Source of the DNA: a virus
Taxonomy: Duplodnaviria; Caudoviricetes
IMG/VR virus record: IMGVR_UViG_2511231106_000004
Location: 1 to 64,000 of that record
Reading direction: 5' to 3' (one strand)
DNA: 64,000 bases
A model generated the notes under the pieces. That model saw only the letters and a list, made by a program, of their open reading frames with translations, made no database searches and was not told the origin of the DNA. Shown one piece after another: positions 9,201 to 19,429 of the stretch; within the stretch, counting starts at the first letter, position 1, and every line of letters begins with the position of its first letter. The translations under genes and the position numbers were made by a program.

Positions 9201-10776
9201 ATGCCTTGATTTCCGTTCCGTCTTGAAAGACCACAGTGACATTCTCTTTGTCTTTCACTACCATCTTGTCGACCAGAACACACCAAAGTGACTGGTCAAA
9301 TTCGGTGAGCAGGCTATCCCGACCTTTCAGTTCCTGAATGAACCGTCCAAGCTGCTCATTCCGATCCTGGCGGTTTTCAATCTTCTCACACAGTTGTTCG
9401 TACTCAGTTTTCATTGCATCATAGCGGCTGATGATGTCATCATACTGTTTTTGGTACTCTTCCTGGTTCTGTGCTACCCGTGCATTCCGTTCCACAGCAT
9501 TCTGGGCCATTTCCACCAGGATGCCGATTTCCTTCTGCATGGCATCTCGTTTGGCTAGAAGGTCTCCGTTGTCACAGATCACCTGCCTAGCATCCTCGAT
9601 TGTCTGGATGATTTCGTCCTTATCCGCGATTATCTGGTTCATCGCTCGGACGAAATACGCCTTGATTTCCTCTTCCGTCAGATGCGGTGTCCTGCATCCC
9701 GTCTTGTTGCGGAACTTGTTGTTGCACTGATAAATGATGCGGCGGTACTTATCGTTGGAGTGCCAGACTTTCGCCCCGTACCACCCTCCGCACTCAGCAC
9801 ACTGGATTTTCGTGGAAAAGATGCTAGTACCACTGAAGTACTTCCGTGCTTTATTTCTATGTTTCAGTTCCGCTTGCACCATTTCAAAAGTCTGAGGTTC
9901 AATAATGGCTTCATGGTCATGCTCTACATAGTATTGGGGGACTTCCCCTTCGTTGATTTTCGTTTTCTTTGTAAGAAAATCAACCGTATAGCTTTTTTGT
10001 AGAAGTGCATCTCCCTTGTACTTTTCGTTTTGAAGGATACTGTAAACCGTACGTGCACTCCATTTGGATTTTCCTCCTGGGGTTTTAAGTCCTCGTTTTG
10101 TTAGTTGCTTGGCAATAGTTGTTGTTCCCAAGCCTTCTAGGAATAGCTTGTAGATGAGCTTGATCGTTGTTGCTTCTTCTGGTACAACTACTAGCCCACC
10201 GTTCGGGCCTTTCTTGTATCCCAGGAAACGGCTGTAAGCGACGCTGACTTTGCCATCGGCAAACCGCTTCCGATGACCCCAGGTGACATTTTCTGAAATA
10301 CTCCGGCTTTCTTCCTGGGCCAGGGAACTCATGATCGTCAGGAGCAATTCTCCCTTGCTGTCGAAAGTCCAGATATTTTCCTTTTCAAAGTAGCACTCTA
10401 TTTTGTGTTCTTTTAATTTCCGAATAGTGGAAAGGCTATCGACGGTATTTCTAGCAAAGCGGCTGACAGACTTTGTGATGATCAGGTCGATTTTTCCTTC
10501 CAGAGCATCATTGACCATTCGCTTGAATCCATCACGATGGCGGGTATTTGTACCAGAGATTCCTTCATCCGTATAGATACCTACAAATTCCCAGTCATCC
10601 CGCCCTTTGATATAGTTTGTATAATAATCCACTTGGGCTTCATAGCTGGTAATCTGATCATCGTGGTCTGTTGAAACCCGTGCGTAACCTGCTACTTTTC
10701 TTTTCTTCCGACTATTAATCGGAGATGATGTATAACGGCTGATTGTTGCCGGAATCGCTCTTACTGTTTTTGCCAT
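9199..10776 (-). CDS. Large serine recombinase (integrase)
   Basis: YARVST catalytic motif, TKSVSRFARN, recombinase domain, Zn ribbon CAECG, coiled coil. Confidence 0.95.
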   Translation of the reverse strand: MAKTVRAIPATISRYTSSPINSRKKRKVAGYARVSTDHDDQITSYEAQVDYYTNYIKGRDDWEFVGIYTDEGISGTNTRHRDGFKRMVNDALEGKIDLIITKSVSRFARNTVDSLSTIRKLKEHKIECYFEKENIWTFDSKGELLLTIMSSLAQEESRSISENVTWGHRKRFADGKVSVAYSRFLGYKKGPNGGLVVVPEEATTIKLIYKLFLEGLGTTTIAKQLTKRGLKTPGGKSKWSARTVYSILQNEKYKGDALLQKSYTVDFLTKKTKINEGEVPQYYVEHDHEAIIEPQTFEMVQAELKHRNKARKYFSGTSIFSTKIQCAECGGWYGAKVWHSNDKYRRIIYQCNNKFRNKTGCRTPHLTEEEIKAYFVRAMNQIIADKDEIIQTIEDARQVICDNGDLLAKRDAMQKEIGILVEMAQNAVERNARVAQNQEEYQKQYDDIISRYDAMKTEYEQLCEKIENRQDRNEQLGRFIQELKGRDSLLTEFDQSLWCVLVDKMVVKDKENVTVVFQDGTEIKA

Positions 10777-12527
10777 CGATTATCCTCTCTCTTCCATTCT
10801 TCTTTCAGCGCAAGCATTATTTTTTTAGCCTCTGGGTCCTTGCGTTTTGCATATTGCATGATTTCATGCATATAAGCCCGATACGCTTCGCTATGACGGA
10901 TTCCCCGTTTTCTTTCTCTATATTGCCTGGTTTCCGTATGGCCATCTTTAAAATGGAATGTTATTTCTCCATTCAGGACAACTGCTTTTTCAAGGGATTC
11001 ATCCATTTTTCCCTCATTGAAAGTGTCCAGTCCCAGCACAGAAGCAGTTAGCTTTTTCATAGTGCTGTCTTTGATGGCTTCATTGCCACATATACCAGCA
11101 CACCGCCAGTACCGTTCCTTTTTTCCATCAGAATATGTAGTTTGTTGGCTCCTGTAATTTTCCCCACATTTCCCGCATTTGATAAACCCCGTGAACTCAT
11201 TGAATATCTTTCGATTGGGATTTGTGCTTTTTAGCTTATGTCTTTCTCCCCATTCCTTCCGGCGTTCACTAGTCCATGCGTCCTTCCGGGCAGTAGAAAC
11301 CCATTGCCGTGTAATCTGCTCTCCATTTTTCATATGAAACACCATCACATGATGTTCCGGAACCACAATTATATCAACCTGATTCAGGAAGACATTTTCA
11401 TCGAATTCGGAAAGCCCCAGGACTTCTGTGCATTCCTTGACTAGGACTTTCTGTGGGATAGCTCCCTTAGAACGGCAGGTTCTTCCTCTCTCTTTATGGG
11501 AAATACAGGTCCAGACATTCTCTTTCTTTTGATCTCTGCGAATACTATGTACATAGCTTTTTCCACAAATTCCACACTTGATTTTACTGGTAAAGCAGCA
11601 GGTATTAATGGACCAATTCGCTAAAGCACCCAGTTCCCTGCGTCTTTCAATTTCTTCCTTTACCTTTTTATAGGTCTCCATGGGAATTATGGCTTCATGA
11701 GTGTTTTCAACAAAATATTGTGGAAGTTCTCCATGATTGATTTTGGCTTTCCCAGTAATGGGATCTGCAATATATGCTTTCTGAAACAACATGTTGCCAG
11801 TATAAGTAATGTTCTGTAATATACCTCGAACGGCTGCATTACCGAAATGTTTCCCATTGTATGATTTTATCCCCATCTGTTCCAGCTGCTTTTCTGTACT
11901 CTCGGCTGATAGGCCCTTCAAAAAGTTATCATAAATGAGCCTTACGATGGCTGCTTCTTTCGGTTCAACAACAAGTTGGTCATCGTTCCAGCGGTAACCG
12001 TAAATTCGGAATCGTCCATTGGGAATCCCTTTTGCAAACCGCTTCCGGGTTGCCCATTTGACATTTTCGCTGATGGAACGGCTCTCTTCCTGGGCAAAGG
12101 ATGCCAGGATGGAAAGCATCAGTTCGCCGTCACCCGTAAGGGAGCGGATATGCTCTTTCTCGAACCGCACTTCTATACCCAGGTCTTTCAAATGCCGCAC
12201 TGTCGTTAAAAGGTCTACCGTGTTCCTGGCAAAGCGCTGGATGGACTTTGTAAGGATAATGTCAATCTTTCCTGCTTCACAGTCCGCCAGCATCTGCTTG
12301 AACCCTTTTCGCTTGTCGATAGTGGTTCCGCTGATACCGTCGTCTGCATAGACACCGGCAAATTCCCATTCCGGGTTTCTCTGGATCAGTCCGTTATAGT
12401 AGCTGATCTGAGCCGATAGGGAATGGTTCATCCGTTCCGACTCCACGGAGACCCGGGCATAGGCTGCCACTTTTTTTCTCCGCGTGATGGTCGGCATGGG
12501 CCGACTGACCCGCGTGATTTTCTTCAT
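10761..12527 (-). CDS. Large serine recombinase with two Zn-ribbon motifs
   Basis: YARVS, TKSIQRFARN, CGICG and CGKCG motifs. Confidence 0.95.
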   Translation of the reverse strand: MKKITRVSRPMPTITRRKKVAAYARVSVESERMNHSLSAQISYYNGLIQRNPEWEFAGVYADDGISGTTIDKRKGFKQMLADCEAGKIDIILTKSIQRFARNTVDLLTTVRHLKDLGIEVRFEKEHIRSLTGDGELMLSILASFAQEESRSISENVKWATRKRFAKGIPNGRFRIYGYRWNDDQLVVEPKEAAIVRLIYDNFLKGLSAESTEKQLEQMGIKSYNGKHFGNAAVRGILQNITYTGNMLFQKAYIADPITGKAKINHGELPQYFVENTHEAIIPMETYKKVKEEIERRRELGALANWSINTCCFTSKIKCGICGKSYVHSIRRDQKKENVWTCISHKERGRTCRSKGAIPQKVLVKECTEVLGLSEFDENVFLNQVDIIVVPEHHVMVFHMKNGEQITRQWVSTARKDAWTSERRKEWGERHKLKSTNPNRKIFNEFTGFIKCGKCGENYRSQQTTYSDGKKERYWRCAGICGNEAIKDSTMKKLTASVLGLDTFNEGKMDESLEKAVVLNGEITFHFKDGHTETRQYRERKRGIRHSEAYRAYMHEIMQYAKRKDPEAKKIMLALKEEWKREDNRWQKQ

Positions 12528-12554
12528 TGTATCAACTCCTTTTGCTACTATTAC

Positions 12555-12580
12555 TCACTCTGAACCGGATTTATAGCAAG
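12555..12580 (-). promoter_or_regulatory. CTTGCTA-N12-AGAGTGA motif upstream of the recombinase operon (copy 1 of 5)
   Basis: Same bipartite motif and spacing at 45840, 46180, 47236 and 48347. Confidence 0.7.
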
Positions 12581-12756
12581 TCGATATCTGCTAATAATGG
12601 GCCGATCACAGGAGAATATTTATTCCGGAGCTGCCGTTCGGCTTTTCCGTATTCAGCTTTTGTAATCAAACCCTTCTGGAGCATTCCCCTGATGAAATGC
12701 ATGGCGGCCAGGTACATCTTCTCCTGTTTCAACTGCTTAGCGTCCATCCTGGCCAC
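12571..12756 (-). CDS. Small SHOCT-like protein preceding the recombinases
   Basis: MLQKGLITKAEY pattern typical of SHOCT; position is typical for these elements. Confidence 0.7.
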   Translation of the reverse strand: MARMDAKQLKQEKMYLAAMHFIRGMLQKGLITKAEYGKAERQLRNKYSPVIGPLLADIDLL

Positions 12757-13144
12757 CTCCGAACCTGTCTTTTACATAGCAAGTGTGGGAGCAGTATTTA
12801 CGCTGCCCGTTCCCGTAGACAATGAATGTCTCATGACAGCAAGGGCATTCCATCTTTCGTACAATCCTATGGTTCACCTTGTCACGATGGCTGTTCCACC
12901 AGGCCATCCGGCAGGCATCGGAACAGAACTTTTTCTCCTTCCGTTTGCCGTTCTGCTCAATAGGTTGACCGCATTGCAGGCAGTGATGGGCTTGTTCTGT
13001 TTCCGGCTCCTTGGGGGATAAAGGATGTCTGCGGCAGTAGGATTTGACGGTATTCTCCGACATACCTGTTTCTTTGGCGATTTTCCGATACCCGAATCCC
13101 TGGAGCCGCAGTTCCCGAATCTGTGCTTTCTGCATATCGTTCAT
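12737..13144 (-). CDS. HTH/Zn-finger protein (sigma-70 region 4-like N-terminus)
   Basis: GFGYRKIAKETGMSENTVKSYCRR HTH; CLQCG, FCSDAC, CPCC and YCSHTC motifs; RBS AGGAGG. Confidence 0.8.
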   Translation of the reverse strand: MNDMQKAQIRELRLQGFGYRKIAKETGMSENTVKSYCRRHPLSPKEPETEQAHHCLQCGQPIEQNGKRKEKKFCSDACRMAWWNSHRDKVNHRIVRKMECPCCHETFIVYGNGQRKYCSHTCYVKDRFGGGQDGR

Positions 13145-13165
13145 GAATAAACACCTCCTGCTTAC

Positions 13166-13198
13166 TAGCCACGGCAGGAGGTGTTTTCTGACGGTTTC
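13166..13198 (-). promoter_or_regulatory. Putative phage-sigma promoter GAAACCGTCAGA-N16-GGCTA (copy 1 of 3)
   Basis: Identical boxes and spacing at 17701-17733 and 57408-57440. Confidence 0.75.
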
Positions 13199-13200
13199 GT

Positions 13201-15189
13201 TCAATCTTTCTGATAAAATTCACATTCATATCCGTCTGCCCGCAGGATCAGCCCTTCCGCCCAGGGAGGGGTCCGGCTCATCTGCTGGCAGATGGCATCC
13301 ACGCTCACATCCTTACGGCACTCGATGATCAGTTCATCGTGGACGTGGCCCACAATGGCACAGCATCGGAGGGTCTGCATGGCATAGCAAAGAATATCCC
13401 TGGCCGTTCCCTGGACGATGTTTTCCACGAACTTGGGCCCATAACTTTCCAGCCGCTCCCACTTCTTGGTGGCTCCGATGCCTTCGTAAGTCACGGACTC
13501 CCCACCGAACTTGTTCTCCCCGATCCGGGGCTTCACATAGGACAGCCTCCGCCCGCTGGGGAGTTCGATGAACAGCATGCCGCTCTTGCAGAAGAACCGG
13601 ATGTTATTCACCCAGACGGGGATCCGCTGCTTGATGGCGGTTTTCACAGCCCCATCCACCTGCCACCAGAAATCCACGATATGAGGATTGGCCGAGCGCC
13701 AGGACTGGACCAGGGAACTCAGCTCCTCTTCCGGTATTCCCATGTCCAGGGCTCCCATAGCCTTTAGTGCCCCAACGGAGCCGCCATAGCAACAGGCCAA
13801 TTCCGCAATCTTCCCCTTCTGGCGCAACTCCCCATTCACCCCATGTTTCACCACGGGCACCCCAAACATCTGGCTGGCCGTTGAGCAATAGATATCCTTC
13901 CCGGCTGCAAAGGCTGCGGATTTCCACTTCTCCCCAGCCATCCAGGAAATGACCCTTGCCTCAATGGCCGAAAAGTCCGAGACCACAAACTTCATCCCCT
14001 CACGGGGCACAAAGGCGGTCCGAATCAGCTGGGACAGCACATCCGGCACAGAATCGTAGAGCAGCTCCAGAGCCTCGTAGTTTCCCTGGCGCACCAGCTC
14101 CCGGGCTTCTGAAAGGTCCGGCAGATGGTTCTGAGGGAGATTTTGAATTTGAATGTGCCGCCCCGCATACCGTCCAGTACGGTTTGCCCCATAGAACTGG
14201 AACATGCCCCGGGCCCTGCCGTCCTGACAGGCGGTTATTTCCATGGCCTGGTACTTCTTCACAGAAGACTTGGCCAGCTTTTGCCGGAGCTGCAACACAC
14301 TGCGGAGAGGCTCCTGGGCCGTTTTCAATAGTTCCTTCACCTGCTTCTTCCCCAGGGAGTCCGACTTTAGGCCACGGGCTTCGAGCCATCTCAGCATCTG
14401 GAGGACTGAATTGGGATTCTCCAGGCCGGTCTTTTCCTTTAGAGCGGCCATCAGGCTCTCCCGGCTTTTGGCATCCATGGCCACTGCCTGCCGGGCCAGC
14501 TCCAGGTCAATGGCGATCCCCCGGTCGTTGATTTCCTGGTCCTGGTGGTATTCTTCCCACACCGTGTCCGGCACCGGATATTTCTGCAGCCTCTCCTGGA
14601 TGGCCATTTCCACTTCCACATCCCGCTTGTTATAGCTCTTGAAGAGATTCCACTTGTCGGGAGCATGCTGGGGCAAGTTCCGGGTCCGTCCCCCGTTGGT
14701 CTTGGTCTCCTTGCAGGGAACGCAGAAATAACGGATCAGGTCCCGGCCTTCTTTCATCTTCTGATTGTCCAGATTCAGCACGGCCCCCACTCCTTCCAGG
14801 GAAAGGGGCAGCCCCATATAGGCGGACCAGACCATGGAGCACTTCCAGCCGGCCGGGTTCAGGAACCGGGCACACTCTTGAGACAGCGGGTGCCGGTCAT
14901 GGAAGGGATCCAGGCTCCTCCCCAGGTCCGTCAGATACCGGGACAGGCACACCCGTTCGAAATTGGCATTGAAGGCCCATTTGGTGATGGAGTCATCGGT
15001 GAGGGCCTCCAGAATCTCTTCCGGGATGGTTTCTTCCTGGGCCAGGTCGACTACTTTCACCTCTCTTCCATCCACCGCATAGCCAAAAAGGAGGATTTCA
15101 AAATCCGGGGACTCGGCATATTTATAGACCCCGCATTTGGCTAAGTTCACATCGCTGTAGGTTTCAATATCGATACTGATGGTTTTCAT
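13201..15189 (-). CDS. Phage family A DNA polymerase
   Basis: DIETYS exonuclease motif, SDFSAIEARV motif A, RQKGKIAELACCYG motif B, HVHDE motif C. Confidence 0.95.
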   Translation of the reverse strand: MKTISIDIETYSDVNLAKCGVYKYAESPDFEILLFGYAVDGREVKVVDLAQEETIPEEILEALTDDSITKWAFNANFERVCLSRYLTDLGRSLDPFHDRHPLSQECARFLNPAGWKCSMVWSAYMGLPLSLEGVGAVLNLDNQKMKEGRDLIRYFCVPCKETKTNGGRTRNLPQHAPDKWNLFKSYNKRDVEVEMAIQERLQKYPVPDTVWEEYHQDQEINDRGIAIDLELARQAVAMDAKSRESLMAALKEKTGLENPNSVLQMLRWLEARGLKSDSLGKKQVKELLKTAQEPLRSVLQLRQKLAKSSVKKYQAMEITACQDGRARGMFQFYGANRTGRYAGRHIQIQNLPQNHLPDLSEARELVRQGNYEALELLYDSVPDVLSQLIRTAFVPREGMKFVVSDFSAIEARVISWMAGEKWKSAAFAAGKDIYCSTASQMFGVPVVKHGVNGELRQKGKIAELACCYGGSVGALKAMGALDMGIPEEELSSLVQSWRSANPHIVDFWWQVDGAVKTAIKQRIPVWVNNIRFFCKSGMLFIELPSGRRLSYVKPRIGENKFGGESVTYEGIGATKKWERLESYGPKFVENIVQGTARDILCYAMQTLRCCAIVGHVHDELIIECRKDVSVDAICQQMSRTPPWAEGLILRADGYECEFYQKD

Positions 15190-15249
15190 ACGTTTCACCT
15201 CGAGAAAAGCGGCGAAGCACAAGGCCCCGCCGCCACCATTTACCACGTC

Positions 15250-15438
15250 TTATTTCCGAAAGGATTCCATCTGTTTGCGATGATATTCTGCTTCCCGTTC
15301 CTCCCGGTTCCGGGCCGCAATTTCATCCCGCTGGTCCTTTTTGATATCCGTGTAGATCATGGCCACAAAGAAGCCGCCAACACACAGGGCAACCAGACAG
15401 TACAGACAATCCAGAATCAATTTCAAAACATTTTCCAT
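15250..15438 (-). CDS. Small membrane protein
   Basis: RBS AAGGAGG, one hydrophobic segment, operon position. Confidence 0.7.
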   Translation of the reverse strand: MENVLKLILDCLYCLVALCVGGFFVAMIYTDIKKDQRDEIAARNREEREAEYHRKQMESFRK

Positions 15439-15450
15439 TATTGTTCCTCC

Positions 15451-16014
15451 TTAGTCCAGGAAATCATCATCGCCTGCCGTAGCAAAGTCGTCTTCTGCCC
15501 GGGGTTTTCCGCCCAGAGGTTCCCCATCACGAATCTTCTGCAGGTTGTTCAGGCCGCAGGCAATGCCCTTGTTGCCGTTGGAGTTGAAGGCGTAGAAGTT
15601 GATGGAGGCTCTTCCATAGACCCCGCTGTACACTTCAGACCGTTCCAGAATCTGCTGGCAGGAAGAATCTACGATGCCGGGCTTTGTGGCAGAATTGGCA
15701 TTAATGAAGTAGCTGTCCTTGTAGGTATCATCCCCAGGCCGTTCCAGATCTCCGTCACGGAGCGGGTTCTTGATGGTTTCCAGCTTCGGCACGATGCGGC
15801 CATTTCCTTTGAGCTTGCCCTGCCCTTCCTCATAGGCTGCTTGGATAGCCGCTTTCACCTTTTCCACGGTCTTTGTATCAGACTTGGGGATGATGAGGCT
15901 CACGCTGTACTTGGGGGTTCCTCCGTTGATGGATTTGGGTTCCCAGACGTTGGCGTAGGACCAGCGGGTATTTGCTCCGGTAATGACTTTGCAAGGGTTT
16001 ACATAATGTTTCAT
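15451..16014 (-). CDS. DUF2815 family ssDNA-binding protein
   Basis: RWSYANVWEPK, LRDGD, GIACGLNNLQK, acidic tail. Confidence 0.9.
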   Translation of the reverse strand: MKHYVNPCKVITGANTRWSYANVWEPKSINGGTPKYSVSLIIPKSDTKTVEKVKAAIQAAYEEGQGKLKGNGRIVPKLETIKNPLRDGDLERPGDDTYKDSYFINANSATKPGIVDSSCQQILERSEVYSGVYGRASINFYAFNSNGNKGIACGLNNLQKIRDGEPLGGKPRAEDDFATAGDDDFLD

Positions 16015-16027
16015 TGTTCGTTCCTCC

Positions 16028-17158
16028 TTAATTTTCACTGCTAAAATCTTCTGCCGCGGTATGCATAGCCGGGCGTTTGTCCGATTCCGGTACCAAGACC
16101 GGTTTGCCTTGGGGCTTTTCAATGAGGCCGGACAGAAGTTCATCAAACCTCCGTTTCCCCAGAAGGCGGGTCAGGGCCGTGATGCCCATGAGTTTCTTTT
16201 CGTAGGGAGAGTATCCGGCTTCTTCCACTTTGGCGGCTACCGCATCGTCATCTACATAACGGCGATTGGAGCGCCCTTCCACCAGTTTCCAGCCAGCCCA
16301 TGCCTTGCCGGAAAGAGCCTGCTGCAAGGCATATTCCTTAATATCTCCCACCCAGGCTACGATGTCATCGGCCTTTTCCAGCACTGCTTCCACTTCTGCG
16401 TCACAGAGAGTGGACGGCATGGCGAAGTCGTACCTGGCAAGTTCCAGGTTATACTCTGCCCGTTTCCGGCAGGTGGCCCTGATCTTGCAGAACCGGCAGT
16501 GCTCACCGGCTTTGTACTCCCCTTCCCCTTTAGCCGCCAGAGCAGCCGTGGGTTTGAGGACTTTCTCCGCCCATTGGAGCAAGTCGCCTTTAGTCATTTC
16601 GTAGGTACTGACATTGTCCCGTCTTGGCTGGAAGATGGTCATGGAGACCCTTTGGATATCGTAAATCCCGTCGAAGATGTCCAGTGCCCCCAGGGCATAG
16701 CACATCATCTGGGGATTCTTCTCCGCACTGACTTCCACACCAAGCCCGTGCTTGTAGTCGATGACGGTCAGGGTATCGTCCGCCACAATGACACAGTCTC
16801 CTGTACCGAACCCGTCCGGAACCCATTTCGAGAAGTCCAACCGCTGTTCTACAAGGACGATGGGATCCTTGCACTCTTTCTTTGCTTCCGCAAGCCTCTC
16901 CATAACGAATTGAGCATAGTCGTCCGTGCATTCAGCCATTTCCTCGCTGTAATAGTCGAGGGTCCCCGTAGGGTTCTGGGCCTTCCTGCCCAGGGCTTCC
17001 TTCACCTTGTATTCGCAGAGAGTATGAGCATCCGTACCCTCCCGGGCAAAGTCGCTTGTGGTATCCGGCCGCTTAGCACACTCCAACGCGGAAGGCGGGC
17101 AGGCCAGCCAGCGGTAGCTGGACGAGGCGGAAAGAACCGCATGTTGCTTATCCGGCAT
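16028..17158 (-). CDS. DUF2800 PD-(D/E)XK (Cas4-like) nuclease
   Basis: HAVLSASSSYRWLACPPS, GFGTGD, IDYKHG, HCRFC. Confidence 0.9.
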   Translation of the reverse strand: MPDKQHAVLSASSSYRWLACPPSALECAKRPDTTSDFAREGTDAHTLCEYKVKEALGRKAQNPTGTLDYYSEEMAECTDDYAQFVMERLAEAKKECKDPIVLVEQRLDFSKWVPDGFGTGDCVIVADDTLTVIDYKHGLGVEVSAEKNPQMMCYALGALDIFDGIYDIQRVSMTIFQPRRDNVSTYEMTKGDLLQWAEKVLKPTAALAAKGEGEYKAGEHCRFCKIRATCRKRAEYNLELARYDFAMPSTLCDAEVEAVLEKADDIVAWVGDIKEYALQQALSGKAWAGWKLVEGRSNRRYVDDDAVAAKVEEAGYSPYEKKLMGITALTRLLGKRRFDELLSGLIEKPQGKPVLVPESDKRPAMHTAAEDFSSEN

Positions 17159-17459
17159 GGCTGATCTCCTCCAGTTCCTTCATAAAGGCTTCATAGTCTT
17201 CCGGCTTTACGCTGGAGAGTTTTTCCGCCCCATATTTTTCAATAAGGGCTTTCACTTCTGCTGTGAATCCCTGGCGGGACTTGTCAGCCGCCGCTTTCCG
17301 AACTTCTTCAAAAGAAAGAGCCTTCCGCTCTGGAACCACCTTTTCCGATTCTGCTGTTCTATTGTTCATCTCGTTTTCCAGAGCTTCTACAATCCGCAGC
17401 AGGGCCTTTGTACAGTTGGCCAGTTCGTTTGCAAGATTTTCTAACTTGTCCTTCGTCAC
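17148..17459 (-). CDS. Phage replication-module hypothetical protein
   Basis: LIEKYGAEKLSSVKPEDY pattern; coupled to DUF2800. Confidence 0.75.
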   Translation of the reverse strand: MTKDKLENLANELANCTKALLRIVEALENEMNNRTAESEKVVPERKALSFEEVRKAAADKSRQGFTAEVKALIEKYGAEKLSSVKPEDYEAFMKELEEISHAG

Positions 17460-17460
17460 C

Positions 17461-17652
17461 TTAGTTTCCTCCTTCGTTAAGTTCTCTGATGGCCAGTTCC
17501 TCTACAGAGTCACCTGGTACGATGATGGTTACTTTTTCCTTCCCGCCCAGCAGGAACCGCAGGACCCGTTCCCGCACGGACACAGACCGCACGGCCGCGA
17601 TATGCCCACCACCCTTTGCCGCTGAAACGCTGATGCTGAGTCGCTCTTTCAT
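17461..17652 (-). CDS. Conserved phage hypothetical protein
   Basis: RSVSVRER...VTIIVPGDSV; RBS AGGAG. Confidence 0.7.
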   Translation of the reverse strand: MKERLSISVSAAKGGGHIAAVRSVSVRERVLRFLLGGKEKVTIIVPGDSVEELAIRELNEGGN

Positions 17653-17700
17653 GGCTTTTCCTCCTTCCTGAGGGTTGGTATCGTTTTCCCCTCCACTCTT

Positions 17701-17733
17701 TAGCCTTGGGAGAGTGGCTTTTCTGACGGTTTC
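17701..17733 (-). promoter_or_regulatory. Putative phage-sigma promoter (copy 2 of 3)
   Basis: GAAACCGTCAGA-N16-GGCTA upstream of the polymerase module. Confidence 0.75.
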
Positions 17734-18061
17734 CTCAAAAATCTTTTAAAAATTTTTCAAGCATACAAAAAGCCGGCATGAGAAGCTGGTGTAGCTCCCA
17801 TGACGGCTAAGCTTTATTATGATTGAATTTGAGACAAAAAATAAGAGGCCCGTCACTTGGACGTTCCTCTTACATCCTGCATTCTCGAAGGTGGAATTTC
17901 TACGCTACATAAATGATTCTTTTTATATCCTTCAGTGAAACCACTATATGGTCTTCTATCTCAGGGCTTTCATCTGTGGGAAATTCCGTTAGCACTTTTG
18001 TCGAAGTCGGAGATATAGATAATCTTCCTTAAACTAGCTTCTATTGTTCGTTTGCAAAGAA

Positions 18062-19429
18062 TTAAAGGTGTTTAGCTATGATCACAACCTCGGTTACTGG
18101 AATGGTTTTTGTTTTAGTTCTTCCCATTCTGCTATGATTATATGGTTTTTTAATCATGGCAATTTCATATTCCAGCTTTTTTCTGACGTCTTCTGAAACT
18201 AAGACTTTCACCATTTCGGCACTTTTATCTTGAAAGAACTCATTACTTCTTTCAAGACTCAAATTGTGAATTTCAGAAGAAATTAATCCAGGATTAAATG
18301 TTTCGCAACAAATTTTAAGCAACTCAGAGAAATCTATAGTGTTAGTTTCGCTATTTGTATAACTTAAAATCATATCTGATTGACAATTGCGAATACCGGA
18401 AAACATTTGTTCAAATGCATCAGACACCTGGGTCTTAATACAATATTCAGACTGATACCGGTCATCTCTGTATCTTCCTTTATACTTTATCTTTGGGTAG
18501 TCATAACGTACTAGTGTTTCGAGGATATGATAAAATCGTGAATAGTGAACAAAACAGTAGGGTGGATCAGCGTAAACTAAGCTACCCTGAGGCAGCCCTT
18601 TTAAACACTCTATATCCGTTTCAGCGCTAGTCCTAAATGTGTATTGATTTTCATTTAACAAGAAATCCTTAAATTCAGCATATTTTCTAATGAAGAAATC
18701 TGTAATATTTTTTCTTCTGTAAATAAGAATATCTTCTTTTGATGAATCTGTCTCTGGAATTCGATATTGTGCATAATGGCCAGTGCTCTGTGAATTATAA
18801 GCCATCGCATAAATCAAACAGGTAAGCAATAGATTATAGAATGGCTCATTTTGTCTGTATTCATCTATAACCTTCCTGTATGAGTCAATCCAAACGCATT
18901 GCTCAAAACTCCAGTAAGTTCCAGAATAATTTTGCGTAAAAAGATAATAATTGTCGAAAGAGCTAAAGGATCTTTCCTTAATCAATTCCCTCTCGCTACT
19001 TTCCATTTCGTTGAATTCAAGTAAGGAAAACTCTCTATCATACTTGAACTTCTCCGCATATTCAGAGTATCTTTGCATAAACAAATTAACTCGTTCTGTC
19101 GCTTTTTCTGTTATCACTGAAATATCAGCGTACTCGTCCCAATTATAATTGCTAAGATAAGTACTCGCAAATACTGCTGAATATTGCTGTATATCATTTG
19201 ATATGATATTTGCTTTATTTCTAAGAGCTCCAGACAATGTAGCTGAACCAGCAAATAGATCACATATCCAGGAATGTTCACCCTCGAAATAATTAATTCC
19301 CTTTTCAATCAAGTCCAGAACATCCGTTTTGGAGCCCATGTATTTTGTTACACTGGGGAAGTCTTTCCGTAAATTCATTAAAATACTTATTCCTTTCCAT
19401 ATTTTCTTGTATATATCACTCTTAATCAA
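18062..19429 (-). CDS. N6-adenine DNA methyltransferase (D12 class); alternative start 19378
   Basis: KYMGSK, DLFAGS (motif I), YADPPY (motif IV). Confidence 0.9.
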   Translation of the reverse strand: MIKSDIYKKIWKGISILMNLRKDFPSVTKYMGSKTDVLDLIEKGINYFEGEHSWICDLFAGSATLSGALRNKANIISNDIQQYSAVFASTYLSNYNWDEYADISVITEKATERVNLFMQRYSEYAEKFKYDREFSLLEFNEMESSERELIKERSFSSFDNYYLFTQNYSGTYWSFEQCVWIDSYRKVIDEYRQNEPFYNLLLTCLIYAMAYNSQSTGHYAQYRIPETDSSKEDILIYRRKNITDFFIRKYAEFKDFLLNENQYTFRTSAETDIECLKGLPQGSLVYADPPYCFVHYSRFYHILETLVRYDYPKIKYKGRYRDDRYQSEYCIKTQVSDAFEQMFSGIRNCQSDMILSYTNSETNTIDFSELLKICCETFNPGLISSEIHNLSLERSNEFFQDKSAEMVKVLVSEDVRKKLEYEIAMIKKPYNHSRMGRTKTKTIPVTEVVIIAKHL

